Part shown: positions 50,478 to 64,000 of the stretch, piece by piece
Layout: every line of letters begins with the position of its first letter
How positions within the stretch are numbered: the first letter of the stretch is position 1
Assembly (NCBI GenBank): GCA_048128005.1
Contig: JBEUKZ010000054.1
Coordinates: 124,001 to 188,000 of the forward strand
From: Veleropilina oligotropha
Taxonomy: Eukaryota
DNA: 64,000 nucleotides
Direction: 5' to 3'
The notes under the pieces: generated by a model
What the model saw: the letters and a program-made list of their open reading frames with translations, nothing else
Told to the model about the DNA's origin: nothing
The model's database searches: none
Translations under genes and position numbers: made by a program

Positions 50478-51106
50478 GTTTTTATGTCTTGACCTTTTTG
50501 ACAAAAAAGGACAAGACATTATCAAATGGTCCTTGTGTATATATATACATATATACTTATATATATTTATATATATATATATATATCCGGTGATTTTCTC
50601 GAAAACTACTGAACCAATTGGTACACACATTCCCAAGATTATTTGTAGGTCGTGTATATAACTTTCGCGACATAATTTTACAAAAATATTCATTTATTAG
50701 GCACTTTTATGCATATTTGTATATAGCGTATGTCTAATATTGCAAGCAAAGAGCAATGACGTCATTACGACGTCGCTTTAGATTAATCGTCATTTGGTGA
50801 CGTCACAATCGACGGGGTAGTAAATTAAGCCATGAAAGCTTGCACTTATATAGCCATTGTAATGTTATAACTGTTATGAAAATTTGAGGGAAATAAAGAA
50901 AGGTCAAGACATTCGTTCTTATTTATATAAGATGTTGTTTGTATTGAAGTATTGTAACAATCTATTATAAATCACTCTCTCAAATATTTTTGAAAAAACA
51001 GGCAGAACAGAAATCGGCATGTAATTTCAAAACTGCGAGGGGTCACCCTTTTTATGTCTTGACCGTTTTGTAAAAAAGGACAAGACATTATCAAATGGTC
51101 CGTGTG

Positions 51107-51163
<57 letters not shown>

Positions 51164-51495
51164 CCGTCGATTTATTTGAAAACTACCCGCTCAATTTTCA
51201 CCAAAATTGGTACACACATTCCCAAGAGTATTTGTAGGTCGTGTATATAACTTTCGCGACACAATTTTGCAAAAATATGCATTTATTGAGCACTTTAATC
51301 CATATTCGTATGTAACTGATGTCTAATATTGCAAGCAAATAGCAATGACGTCATTATGACGTCGCCTTAGATTAATCGTCATTTGGTGACGTCACATTCG
51401 ACGGGGTAGTAAATTCAGCCATGAAGTACTTGCACTTAGCCATTGTATTAACTGTTATGAAAATTTGAGGGAAATAAAGAAAGGTCAAGACATAT
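50478..51495 (+). mobile_element. Two near-identical ~435-bp Helentron-associated elements
   Basis: Both copies (~50478-50912, ~51049-51493) start TTTTTATGTCTTGACC, contain a (TA)n tract and end AAAGGTCAAGACAT. Confidence 0.6.
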
Positions 51496-52057
51496 TTCGA
51501 ACGCGTCGTTCTTGTTAAATATTGGAGTGCCTTTGGCAATTTTTAATTGACTTGGAAAAACACCAGAACATAACTTATGATAAGGATTTATTAATAATTT
51601 CAGTTATTGGTACAAGAATTTTAGAAAACGTTTGTTTAACAACTGGGGGAGAAATGTCATCCCATCCACTGCTTTTTCCTGTTTTAAAATTTAATTTGAT
51701 TCTTATTACCTCTTCTCGATTAACTGGTGTGAAATAAATGGAGTTTTTAAAACATCCAGACATATATTTTAAAATGTTGCTGTCGACTTTGGTAATTTGA
51801 TTGTCTAAATCAGGTCCTATGTTTACATGAAATTATCTAATATGTGTTTTCGCCTTTGCTTATGGTGTCTTTGTATTAAATTCAGTCGGTAATGAATCAG
51901 TTGTTTTGTGTTTATTACTGATTTAATAATTTTCCAGGTTTCTTTTAGATTTTCTTTAGCGTTTGATGAGTTTCCAGAAGTAATTTTTTTTGGCAATCTG
52001 CAGCAAGTGTTTTAATTTATTTTTGTAGGCTTTGTATTTTTCATGTGAAGATATGGT

Positions 52058-52886
52058 TTTTGTGTCACTTTGCAAAAGCAAGCTGACATATAGGATCACT
52101 ATGCGGCGTCGTCCGCGTCGGCGTCGTCCGGACAATGGTTTCCGTGCGATAACTTTTGAACGAATGCTTTGATTTTCATGAAACTTTCTACACTTACTTG
52201 GTGCATCAATTCACAACCTAAGTTCTATTTTCAACCAGTTCCGATGTTCAAGATGTCCGCCAGTGGCCATTTGGGATTTTGTCACCCGAAGTGTTTTCCG
52301 TGCGGTAACTTTTGAAGGAATGCTTTGATTTTCATGAAACTTTTTACAATTACTTGTGGCATCCATTCACCGCCTAAGTTCGATTTTCAACCAGTTCCCA
52401 TGTTCAAGATGGCCGCCAGTGGCCATTTTGCTTTTTGTCAACCGAAGTAGTTTCCGTGCGATAACTTTTGAAGGAATGCTTTGATTTTCATGAAACTTTC
52501 TACAATTACGTGTGGCATCAATTCACCCCCTAAAGTGGATTTTCAACCAGTTCCCATGTTCAAGATTGCCGCCAGTTGCCATTTTGGATTTTGTCACCCG
52601 AAGTGGTTTCCGTGCGATAACTTTTGAAGAAATGTTACGATTTTCATGGAACTTTCTACAATTACGTGTGGCATCAATTCACCGCCTAAGGTCGATTTTC
52701 AACCAGTTCCGATGTTCAAGATGGCCGTCAGTGGCCATCTTGGATTTTTGTCACCCAAAATGGTTTAATGCTTTGATTTCCATGAAACTTTATATGGATT
52801 ATTGGGCAGTTTCGTGAAACTCAGTGTATTCCTTCAAGAATAACAGTCCCGTAGGCGACACATCCACTTCCGTGGAATTCTTGTCT
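52058..52886 (+). mobile_element. Non-autonomous element with a 156-bp x4 tandem array
   Basis: TCCGTGCG recurs at 52141, 52297, 52453 and 52609; (CGT)n near the 5' end; 3' hairpin TCCACTTCCGTGGA. Confidence 0.65.
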
Positions 52887-53684
52887 TTTTAAGATATTCT
52901 TTGTATAATTAATTTTTTTTTTTGCATGAATATTTAAGGGCACTTGTCATATAAGTCCGTATACTTTTCCAAGAATATATTGTACGAGGAATTCGCGTCA
53001 TATTGTTGACAAACGTCATTCCAATCAATTTCCGTTAGTTTGCTGTTAAAATTTTCTATATTCCTTTGGCACAAGTTTCTTTTATATTTGAGAACAGCGA
53101 TAGTTTCGTTGAACGTTGAGAAGGTAAAATTGCCGTCTGATCAAAGCTTCTTGGCACAACATCTAACTACACATCATCGATAACTCGAAGATGCGCTATA
53201 TCCATCTCAGACATGTAATTAATAAGTAATTGCATAAGGCACACAATTACTCTGCAATTCCAGTAATGCCTCAAGCTGTTAGTTTAGCGACATCAATATA
53301 TGCACATGTGAAGAAATAATTATTTTATTTTAATACATAAAAATAACTTTTCAGTAAATATTGCAAATCTAGAATATCGCAACAGTCCGAAGGAGTCTAC
53401 TGAAGGAGTCTATTGAAGAAAATAAAATGTACCTATCGTTGAGACAAATTATTAAAAACCAAATAATAATAAAAAACAAGTTGAAACAAATAATTAAAAA
53501 CCATTAATAACACTTAATAGCATTATGAAATAATGTGAATATTCCTGTCTATTTCGAATCGGATGTCAGTGATTTCATGTGTGATATTGTTGAGAATTAC
53601 CACGGTATATCCAGTCTTTAATGATTTGAATTATAACGACAACATGCATCTCTTTTCGTTATTACTTGCGTCTTTTATGGTATA

Positions 53685-54770
53685 TATGCGTCTTGCGTAC
53701 GGTACCGTATATACGATCTATAAGTTATTAATTGCATCTTGTATGGTATAGATGATCTATAGGTTATTAGTTGCGTCTTGTTTGGTATAGATGATCTATA
53801 AGTAATCAGTTGCGTCTTGTGTGGTATAGATGATCTATAAGTTATTAGTTGCATCATGTATGGTATATATGATATGTTATTAATTGCGTCTTGTATGGTA
53901 TATATGATCTATAAATTATTAGTTGCGTCTTGTATGGTATAGATGATCTATAGGTTATTAGTTGCGTCTTGTATGGTATAGGTGATCTATAAGTTATTAG
54001 TTGCATCTTGTGTGGTATAGATGATCTATAAGTTACTAGCTGCGTCTTGTATGATATAGATGATCTATAAGTTACTAGCTGCGTCTTGTATGATATAGAT
54101 GATCTATAAGTTACTAGCTGCGTCTTGTATGATATAGATGATCTATAAGTTACTAGCTGCGGCGCGTCTTGTATGATATAGATGATCTATAAGTTACTAG
54201 CTGCCGCGCGTCTTGTACGATATAGGTAATCTATAAGTTATTACTTGCGTCTTGTTTGGTATAGATGATCTATAAGTAATCAGTTGCGTCTTGTGTGGTA
54301 TAGATGATCTATAAGTTATTAGTTGCATCATGTATGGTATATATGATATGTTATTAATTGCGTCTTGTATGGTATATATGATCTATAAATTATTAGTTGC
54401 GTCTTGTATGGTATAGATGATCTATAGGTTATTAGTTGCGTCTTCTATGGTATAGGTGATCTATAGGTTATTAGTTGCGTCTTGTATGATATAGATGATC
54501 AATAAGTTATTAGTTGCATCTTGTGTGGTATCGATGATCTATAAGTTATTAGTTGCATCTTGTATGGTATAGATGATCTATAAGTTACTAGCTGCGTCTT
54601 GTATGATATAGATGATCTATAAGTTACTAGCTGCCGCGCGTCTTGTATGATATAGATGATCTATAAGTTACTAGCTGCCGCGCGTCTTGTATGATATAGG
54701 TAATCTATAAGTTATTACTTGCGTCTTGTATGGTATAGACGATCTATAAGTTATTTATTGCGTCTTGTTA
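53685..54770. repeat. 39-bp satellite, ~27 copies
   Basis: Unit GTTATTAGTTGCGTCTTGTATGGTATAGATGATCTATAA. Confidence 0.95.
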
Positions 54771-55010
54771 ATGATCTACACATTCATACGGATTTCCCTC
54801 GTATCGACATATCCTATTCATATTGATACCAACATTGATTTAGGCGCCACAGAGATGGCTTCGATTTGTGGCATATCATCGCACAATGTGTTTCTATTGT
54901 GTATAATGTAGGTCGAGTGCAGGGATGTTATCGTTCTCGACCAATGCCTCCTACGATGCGCATTCTGGATGCCAATTGAGTGATCATCCAAATCAGGTAT
55001 ATTTCATTCG

Positions 55011-55362
55011 CAGGGGCGGATCCACGGTACCGGCCACTTACGCCCAGGCGGTAGTCAGATTTGGAGGTTTTACATTAGTAAATGTGTGAATAAATGCAAA
55101 ATTAAAATTTGTAATAAAAATGAAATCAAGTGGCGGATATTAGACACGATGATGTTTTGTAAACAGTTTCTTTACTTGGAATAGCTTTATTATGGGGGGC
55201 ATGTTGCCTCTCAGGAAGCTTCAGATTGCTTAAAAGGCATCCGAAAATACTAAAATTTTCAGGTGGGGCCCTACTGCGGGCCCAAACCTCACGCAGATTA
55301 TGAGTATGTACATGCATTCAATGGATAGGGCAGTAGTCACATATTGTCCGGATCCGACCCTG
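55011..55362. mobile_element. MITE with 13-bp TIRs and a 5-bp TSD (hAT-like ends)
   Basis: CAGGGGCGGATCC...GGATCCGACCCTG; ATTCG at 55006-55010 and 55363-55367. Confidence 0.75.
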
Positions 55363-55384
55363 ATTCGGGCTTAATTGGTTTCAA

Positions 55385-56235
55385 TATATCAATATTATCT
55401 CATTTATACTGTGTAGGGTCACATCAGGTTTGGTTTACATATATATCAATATTATCTCATTTATACTGTGTAGGGTCACATCAGGTTTGGTTCACAAATA
55501 TATCCATATTATGTCATTTATACTGTGTAGGGTCACATCAGGTTTGGATTACATATATATCCATATTATCTCATTTATACTGTGTAGGGTCACATCAGGT
55601 TTGGTTCACAAATATATCCATATTATGTCATTTATACTGTGTAGGGTCACATCAGGTTTGGTTCACAAATATATCCATATTATGTCATTTATACTGTGTA
55701 GGGTCACATCAGGTTTGGATTACATATATATCCATATTATGTCATTTATACTGTGTAGGGTCACATCAGGTTTGGTTTACATATATATCCATATTATCTC
55801 ATTTATACTGTGTAGGGTCACATCAGGTTTGGTTCACAAATATATCCATATTATGTCATTTATACTGTGTAGGGTCACATCAGGTTTGGTTCACAAATAT
55901 ATCCATATTATCTCATTTATACTGTGTAGGGTCACATCAGGTTTGGATTACATATATATCCATATTATGTCATTTATACTGTGTAGGGTCACATCAGGTT
56001 TGGTTTACATATATATCCATATTATCTCATTTATACTGTGTAGGGTCACATCAGGTTTGGATTACATATATATCAATATTATCTCATTTATACTGTGTAG
56101 GGTCACATCAGGTTTGGTTTACATATATATCCATATTATGTCATTTATACTGTGTAGGGTCACATCAGGTTTGGTTCACAAATATATCCATATTATGTCA
56201 TTTATACTGTGTAGGGTCACAACAGGTTTGGTTTG
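55385..56235. repeat. 57-bp minisatellite, ~15 copies
   Basis: Unit TATATCCATATTATGTCATTTATACTGTGTAGGGTCACATCAGGTTTGGTTCACAAA. Confidence 0.95.
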
Positions 56236-58822
56236 TTTGAATTGGAACCCGTCAGGTTCGTACTAGGTTCATACCATACTTAAATATCGCGGAAGAAAGC
56301 CCGGTCAAAGAAGCGTCCGCAAAAATATGGTTGCTATTCCATCCGTTTTCGAAAGAGTAGATTTATCGCAATAACGTCATGTATAATGCGATAGTGGTGC
56401 TGATATTGGCTAATTTGTTCGTTTCGTTTCGAAAATTTCGACTTATTATTGACAGTTTGATCCGATGTGGACTATGATTTTTGATTTGGTCAGCTGACCG
56501 AGAATCTGCAATGATTGTCTGCAAAATTAGCTAGAGTGTCAGGAAATACCAATAATTCTGCGAATTAAGCTGGCCTGTCAAGCTACAAATTCTGATTTAA
56601 ACGGTTACCTGTCCGTGTTACAGACATCTTTTGTTGAATCTAGAGGTAGTAGTAATTGATTATTTGATCAATTACCGTAATGCACAATAAAATGTCGCCT
56701 GCGTGGCGTCCAGGCAACAGTTGTCATGGTGACGTATAAACGAACATTGCATTGATCGCCTTTGCTATTCCCGACATGGTATAATTTTAAAGCTTACTTA
56801 CACATTGACAGTGCAGGTCGCGTGATCGCTTTAACGCACATTCAACTTCCATTATTCCATTTCTGTTAAAATACCATTAAATGTTCCATCGGAGACGATA
56901 TGACTATAATGGACTAGCCGTGTTGCAATCTCAACTTTGTTACAAAGGAAGGACGATTCTGAAGTCAATAGCATTTTGTTGCGATGTAACCGACAGACTA
57001 GAATGAACAACGGTGACACTGAATATATGACACCGGCGACCAGACAGGGTGTCGGGTCTGTGGACGAGGGATTTACCGTAGGCTGAGGATCCAACCGCGA
57101 GATGAGCCGGAGGCTGCGACCTGCCAACAGCTCGGATACGGCGCCCAGCGACTACGAAATCCGCTTGGAGAGCACGAGGGTAAGAACGTTCTGTCGCATT
57201 CACGTTGTCGGGTCTCATCACCCACTATTATAAGACACAGATAAAGTAAATATATATTATATGCGTTATTTATTGTACACAAAAGAACAACCTAACCGTT
57301 ATTACCCTTACCTCAGAAGGGAGGTACGAGGTAATTACAATTGTCTCGTAGATATGCTTGAATGTTTGTTTGTCTGCATAACTACTTAGTAGAAGATTGT
57401 ATACAAGGTGTGAATAACCTGTGACTCGGTGATCCTCGAAGATGATCCGACATTACATAACGATTTTCATGATGCATTGGAAGTGCTATTGTAAAGATAA
57501 CAGCAAAGAAATCCTACAAAATGCAAATTATGAACCAGGCTGGGCGAGGATGTGCAATCTCACATTGTCTTTAATATGTCAATGTTTACAGTCATTACAT
57601 ACATTTCAAAACTTTCCTTCCTTGAAATGTCCTGCTTTGAACTTAATGGTTGGAAATATACATGACATAAAGCATGTCATTCGCCCATTATCATCATATC
57701 AATCGCACCATTAACTTAGATTTCTAATAAGTATAACGAATTTTATAATTACAGGCATCACCAATAAAAACCAATGCATCTAGTTAAAATGTAATACCGG
57801 ATATGATATTATAATATGTCATTACAAATTTCAATCTCTTCCTATGAGCAACAATTCAATTAAAATATTGTGGTTCCCGCAGGCCACTAGGCGCAACAAT
57901 GAGGCTTTATATTACGGATGTAACAGACTTACGTGTCCCTGCTTGTGTTCATATCAGGACACGTCCGATATTGCGGAAAGACCGGTGGCTGGGAATACCC
58001 CCGTCTCTCTCTCCGGCCAGTTATTGAAAATTGTGACTGATAACGGAACAAGAAATGTCATTGCCCCAACCGACGTTCGAACCCACACTTGTATTGTTAG
58101 ACAGACAAGCGGGTCAATACGAAATCCTCGTTCTTATACACTCGGCTAGGGGCGGCCCAAGGCAAGATGATATATACACAACACCAGTGAAGGGTCTACG
58201 TATATATGCCTTGACGTTCTGTATAGGAATGACGAGAACGGGATTTTTTTTAAATCTTGCAATGGGACAGATTAAAATGATGACCTGTAGTCTGTGTCCA
58301 ACAAGCCTGTGAACACAATGCAGCCAATCCGGAATCCGATTTTATGAAGAATTCCATAGCAGATGGACACCCAGCATAGCCGACCACCAGCAGCAGTCTT
58401 GTTATCACTTCTCTCCGGATCTCCTGGCCTGTAAGGTGCATTCTACCTGACCTTCGTAATGCGTGCATTCTCTTGTTATCCTTGGTGAAAATCATGGTTC
58501 ACTATTAAAAACCATGTTATTGCTACTCTATCAGAATTAACGTCAAGCCATATCGACAGGTTACATTCACCTTTGTAATGAATACATTCTTCAGTCGACA
58601 TCGTGGTCGTCATATTTTCAAGACTTTGTTCGTTCTCGCTTTTCTTCCAAAATGACATGGCATGGACATGGGGTATTAGTATTTGGCATTTCACAGTAAC
58701 AAAGAGCACAGTGATAAATACCAGAGAAGTGTCTACGACAGTTTACTCACTAGGGCGAAAAAGGCGAAAACCGGAAATGGCGTCATAAAATCGGGATCCG
58801 GATCCGGATTGGGCTAGTTTTG

Positions 58823-58898
58823 GGTATTCCAGGTTTACTGGTATTTCAGGTTTACTGGTATTCCAGGTTTACTGGTATTCCAGGTTTACTGGTATTCT
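58823..58898. repeat. 17-bp tandem repeat, ~4.5 copies
   Basis: Unit GGTATTCCAGGTTTACT. Confidence 0.9.
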
Positions 58899-60238
58899 TA
58901 GCCCTGTGTTAAAAATTGAATGAAATCGCACAAATAGATACCGAGAAACAAACCAATCCAATTGCATTGCCTTCTCCCAACACTACGTGTGTGAAAGTAA
59001 TCATTTGACGTAGAGAAAGCCCCCAAATATATGCCATTTCTAAAGCATTAAATATACTTACCTCGTCACTAGCATAATTAAATTCACATTTATTTCGCGT
59101 TTTTAGAATCGTATGAAGTTCACTGGAGCCTTAATATAAGCACTGAAATTCTATAATTTAATATTATATATGGTATATCTTACCCACTTCACAGAAATCA
59201 TTGTTACAAATGAACAGTTTTGTACATGCATAATATATTATAAGTATTTTACAAGAGTTATTGTAAATAATTATTACGCTTCTCATCAATCGATGATTCG
59301 TCCATATCCGACTTCCAACCATGCCATATACGTATGTCATTTATCGTATATGATTGCATTGCACTCTAATCATTAATGTCTGGCGTTACATAATGGATGA
59401 TCGTACTGGTCTCGGCGATTAACAGTTGCCAGTAGGCTTAATATTTGATGCGTGTGCATACAGCAAAATCATTGTTAACGGCCGAATCATCAAAATTGAA
59501 GGTATTGAGACAAGGTTCAAAGGTTATGAGAGATTCGGTAACCTTGATATAAAAATCAGCGATGATCGAATATAAAACTGCCCTGTTGATCAATGAAACA
59601 ACCAATAACAGACACCCAGAATAAATTAATGAGTTCATATCAATGAAATCACACTGCGAACAAATATATGACGTCCTGACTTTAATGCTGCTGAACTCGA
59701 ATCAGTCCCGTAAAATGTGATTTGACGCCAATTAAACTGACACATTATGTATGCGTTATTTGTATAAAGTTATGATGGTTTAGAGATTATCATATCTAAA
59801 AATAAAATTTAAGATATTCTAATATATGTTGTAAATGTCGATGTTGAATGAAAAGTTTGCGCCTTTTTTCAATATCGACGTCACTATTAGTGTATTACAT
59901 ATGAAAAGCCCTTAGAAAATGTCATTGGATATTAAAATATTAATTTACAGTCCATAGGACCTTGCATTACAGAAATATACAAGTATATGATTTATATCCA
60001 AGGCCGTAATTGACCGGTCCGGGTGGATTTTTCCTTATTATTGGGCTTTCCTCCAGTGTAAATATGACCATGTCCTGGCATGACCGTGGACAGTGTTAAA
60101 TGTGACCATCAAAATCTTCAGCGCAAGACGTCGATAATGACCATTTTATATTGGTTTTGTGAGATAAATATGCGAGAAATAAGGCTCTTCTGTGACAAAG
60201 ACAAGGACAGTTGTCAGTCACGGTCGTACATAAGCAAC

Positions 60239-60882
60239 TAGCCCGATAAATCTGCCCCTAATTACAAGCTCGAAATCCTGAAGGTCGCGTGTTTAGGGTC
60301 AGATGTCGCCGCTATTAAAAAAGCGTGGGTCTGTAACCCAAATCTAGCGACAGCGATATCGACACCTTAAACGTGCCATACGGCGAATCTTTCGATACCC
60401 ACATATCAATAAACCATTTCACACTCGCCTGACTTTATTGTTGATCAATCCTTGTGATATAAGTCACATTATAAGCTTATATTGTTACTCGAAGCGTGTT
60501 AATTCGAAGCCATTAACAGACCGAAAACATTCGCATCAACCAATCAAAGCGGGTTTCCGGTTGGTTAACCCGCTTTGATTGGTTGATGCGAATGTTTTCG
60601 TTTTGTTAATGGCTTCGAATTAACACGTTTTCAGTAACAATATAAGCTTATAATGTGACTTATATCACTAGGATTGATCAACAATAAAGTCAGGTGAGTG
60701 TGAAATGGTTTATTGATATGTGGGTATCGAAAGATTCGCCGTATGGCACGTAAAGGTGTCGATATCGCTGTCGCTAGATTTGGGTTACAGACCCACGCTT
60801 TTTTAATAGCGGCGACATCTGACCCTATGCACGCGACCGTCAGGATTTCGAGCTTGTATTTAGGGGAAGATTTATCGGGCTA
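60239..60882. mobile_element. Foldback element with ~317-bp arms and an 11-bp spacer (AcademH- or MULE-type)
   Basis: TAGCCCGATAAATC...GATTTATCGGGCTA; flanks ATAAGCAAC and ATAAGAAAC give a 9-bp TSD with one mismatch. Confidence 0.85.
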
Positions 60883-62259
60883 ATAAGAAACGGACCCAGG
60901 TGCGGTTCTCACGACATATATGTGATTATAGATGTTTAAACTCAGCAATACAGTCGATTTCAAATAAAATAAAATAATAATATGTTATTAGTTTTACATG
61001 ATCTATGCTCTTAGTTAATATAAGCATTCTGGTGTCTATTTTAACCATTATCAGCTGGTTATAGCCAAATGTTGGCGCTGGCCAAAATCGAATGCGTAAT
61101 TTGAATTCTACTCCACATTACGGGAGTTTACGAGAGTTGATACGAGACTTGTTGTCAAGAGCCAGATCGATATAAATACCAGAGATTAATGTCAGCAATC
61201 GATATCCTTTCAGAGTAATACACGAGGCTACAAGCATTTAAATGCAGTCTACAATGGCGAATATTACATGCAGCAAACAACTTTAATAATACGGTAATTT
61301 GAGCGTTATAGGCACATTATGATAGCTTTATATACTGCCTATATTTTAGCAACAGTGAGGCGCAAGATTTAATGCTGTTGTGTTCGCGAACGAAAACCAA
61401 TGTGCGAACATATTATACAACCAAAGAGAGGAGAATGGAAATGACATTGCTGAAATGTTGTCATTTAATTTCTCCTGAACATAAAAATGCAATTATTTGA
61501 TTTTTAAAACAATGAAACGCACAAAATTTCACAAGGTTGATAAAAACCATATGATTATCATATGAAAACCAGTTCACTTCTCTTTCGTTGCACAATAAAG
61601 CATATCTACCTAACCCGCTTTGGCTATTATGTCAACACTAGTAGATATTTATTAGTCTATTTTAACTCTTGAATATAAGCCTTGCTGTGATAATCAATCG
61701 TACTATCACCTACATTGACAGTGTGCAATTGATTGGGGCCTCACCGGGGATATGTACTTCTGTCACCCGAGCCAGATTGCTTGAAAGACTGTTGTAGATC
61801 GTATAAATATTTTCGTGGTATAGCCACTCCAGAAGTGGAAAATGAGAACGAGGAAACAGAACCAGTCTGGATACCTCACTAGGACGGACAAGGAAAGAGG
61901 ACTCAATCTTATTTTTTTCGGGTCTACGGTTTACAACAGGGTGATTCTTATCAGAATTCGCTATATCCTTGGCACTCAATGGCCGCTCCGATGGTCGTGT
62001 GGATTGGTGGCAGGCTTTCCATCCGCGTTAATATGGACATGTCCTGCTTTGAAGTTGTAAATATACAGGATACTAAGCATCGATCCAGTCAAATCCTTGT
62101 AGCACATGGAATGCACTCATGTGATGGCTCCCCTTTAAGAAAGAAGGAGTGAGTTTAGTCGGTATGTCGAATTCTCCGTCTAGCTAAGACAATCTCTTCA
62201 CGACGTAAGGACTTTTAAGAGGTTGGACATTCTGCAGTTTAATTATCGTACCATCATCT

Positions 62260-63557
62260 CAACAACGCTGTCAAGCAGCTCGAAAGTATTTTCTATACTG
62301 TATTTAAAATATGAATGTGGAATTTTGAAATTGATAGACTGGTTAATATGTAAAACTGGAGACTGTGTGCTGGAGAATCAACTTTGAGTCAGTCCACAGC
62401 GGGAAACTCATGAAAGTTTTCGAGCATATAGTAGCATATATTGTTCAGTTAATCAGCGATGTATTCGACGACGCCTCCGCCAAGGTCCGGACTCTTGATG
62501 GTGAAACACCGTTTCATTCCTCGCTGGCCCAGGATCTCTTTATTATTGTCTATACTACGTGTTACGTCAGGTTATCTGTGAGAAAGAGAAACAATTATGA
62601 TTCACAATCACCCATATGAAGAGCATGAGGGTTGGTGTGGTGATGCAAACCAACTTCGACTTCGCAGACGACATTACACTTTTGCCACAGCTGCTCAGCG
62701 TGGCGGTGAATGCCAGAAGGTGAGCATCCACCTCAATGCTACGACGACGCGGTGAATGCCAGAAGGTGAGCATCCACCTCAATGCTACGACGACAGGGGT
62801 GAATGTCAGAAGGTGAGCATCCACGTCAATGCTAAGACGACAGAGGTGAATGCCAGAAGGTGAGAATCCACCTCAATGCTAAGACGACGCGGTGAATGCC
62901 AGAAGGTGAGCATCCACCTCAATGCTACGACGACAGGGGTGAATGTCAGAAGGTGAGCATCCACCTCAATGCTGCGACGACGCGGTGAATGCCAGAAGGT
63001 GAGCATCCACCTCAATGCTGCGACGACGCGGTGAATGCCAGAAGGTGAGCATCCACCTCAATGCTAAGACGATAGAGGTGATGACATCTCAGCGTGGCGG
63101 TGAATGCCAGAAGGTGAGCATCCACCTCAATGCTAAGACGACAGAGGTGATGACATCTCAGCGTGGCGGTGAATGCCAGAAGGTGAGCATCCACCTCAAT
63201 GCTAAGACGACAGAGGTGATGACATCTCAGCGTGGCGGTGAATGCCAGAAGGTGAGCATCCACCTCAATGCTAAGACGACAGAGGTGATGACATCTCAGC
63301 GTGGCGGTGAATGCCAGAAGGTGAGCATCCACCTCAATGCTATAGAGGTGATGACATCTCAGCGTGGCGGTGAATGCCAGAAGGTGAGCATCCACCTCAA
63401 TGCTAAGACGACAGAGGTGATGACATCTCAGCGTGGCGGTGAATGCCAGAAGGTGAGCATCCACCTCAATGCTAAGACGACAGAGGTGATGACATTCAAC
63501 ATCTCAAATAAGAAAAGCGCCATACTAGCAGTCAAGAAGGACTTTAAATACCTTTGA
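62260..63557 (+). mobile_element. RTE-clade LINE RT fragment with an internally amplified minisatellite
   Basis: SAKVRTLDGET, LAQDLFII, FDFADDITLL, repeated ECQKVSIHLNAKTTEVMT, then DFKYL. Confidence 0.75.
62694..63497. repeat. Minisatellite with 45-, 51- and 66-bp unit variants
   Basis: Core GGTGAATGCCAGAAGGTGAGCATCCACCTCAATGCT in ~14 copies. Confidence 0.93.
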
Positions 63558-63632
63558 TCGTTCATCATCTTCGAAAAGAGAAAGAAAGGCGCAAGCACGA
63601 AGAGCACTTTCCGACCTCAAGAACTTGCGACA

Positions 63633-64000
63633 CTCTGTCACAGCATCGGTGGAGTGCACCTGATATGGCTCTGTCACAGCATCGGTGGAGTGCACCTGTT
63701 ATAGGGCTCTGTCACAGCATCGGTGGAGTGCACCTGTTGTATGGCTCTGTCACAGCATCGGTGGAGTCCACCTGTTATATGGCTCTGTCACAGCATCGGT
63801 GGAGTCCACCTGTTATATGGCTCTGTCACAGCATCGGTGGAGTCCACCTGATATGGCTCTGTCACAGCATCGGTGAAGTCCACCTGTTATAGGGCTCTGT
63901 CACAGCATCGGTGGAGTGCACCTGTTATATGGCTCTGTCACAGCATCGGTGGAGTGCACCTGTTATAGGGCTCTGTCACAGCATCGGTGGAGTGCACCTG
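63633..64000. repeat. 38-bp minisatellite running off the end of the window
   Basis: Unit GGCTCTGTCACAGCATCGGTGGAGTGCACCTGTTATAT, with 35-bp variants. Confidence 0.93.

Larger units (their letters stand above)
50327..53130 (-). mobile_element. 5' continuation of the interrupted CR1-group LINE, broken by further insertions
   Basis: GEYTIGIFIDLSKAFDTINH at 50330-50400; KSSGWDDIS...PITEIINKSL..G at 51540-51700; further remnants to ~53130. Confidence 0.8.

Noticed and set aside
55344..56266. 298-aa and 278-aa repeat ORFs
   Set aside because: Translations of a 57-bp minisatellite.
56790..61980. Possible minus-strand host exons (~57077-57224, ~58285-58430, ~61710-61870)
   Set aside because: Splice-like boundaries exist, but I find no recognisable protein or consistent frame; transcript evidence is needed.

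Overview
Eukaryotic (metazoan, probably marine invertebrate) AT-rich, repeat-dominated DNA. I cannot support any host gene. The centrepiece is a GC-rich endogenous Polinton-like virus at 26711-50326. It has ~200-bp TIRs, AGCAGC...GCTGCT ends and a 5-bp ATATG target-site duplication, and it sits inside the RT region of an old LINE; removing it restores that frame. It encodes a double-jelly-roll major capsid protein, a penton-like protein, an A32/FtsK-type packaging ATPase and a DDE integrase. It has no canonical pPolB. Instead it has one reconstructable ~1,315-aa gene joining HeH, a putative OTU-like Cys/His module, a shortened PolB palm, an SF1 helicase and an HNH-like domain. I see no adenain-type protease, but there are at least five predicted membrane proteins, one with adjacent PSAP and LYPxL motifs, plus a secreted Cys-rich cargo gene downstream of a kappaB-like site. 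An 8.1-kb Ginger1-like insertion (TGT...ACA, CCGG TSD) splits one viral gene; without it the element is ~15.5 kb. Elsewhere there are two degraded AcademX transposons, a near-full-length RTEX-like LINE whose ORF1 starts with an RNase H1-type hybrid-binding (Cauli_VI) domain, other LINE fragments, Helitron/Helentron-type elements, a 644-bp foldback element and several satellites, one amplified from RT-coding sequence. All family calls come from motif recognition by eye, not database searches.
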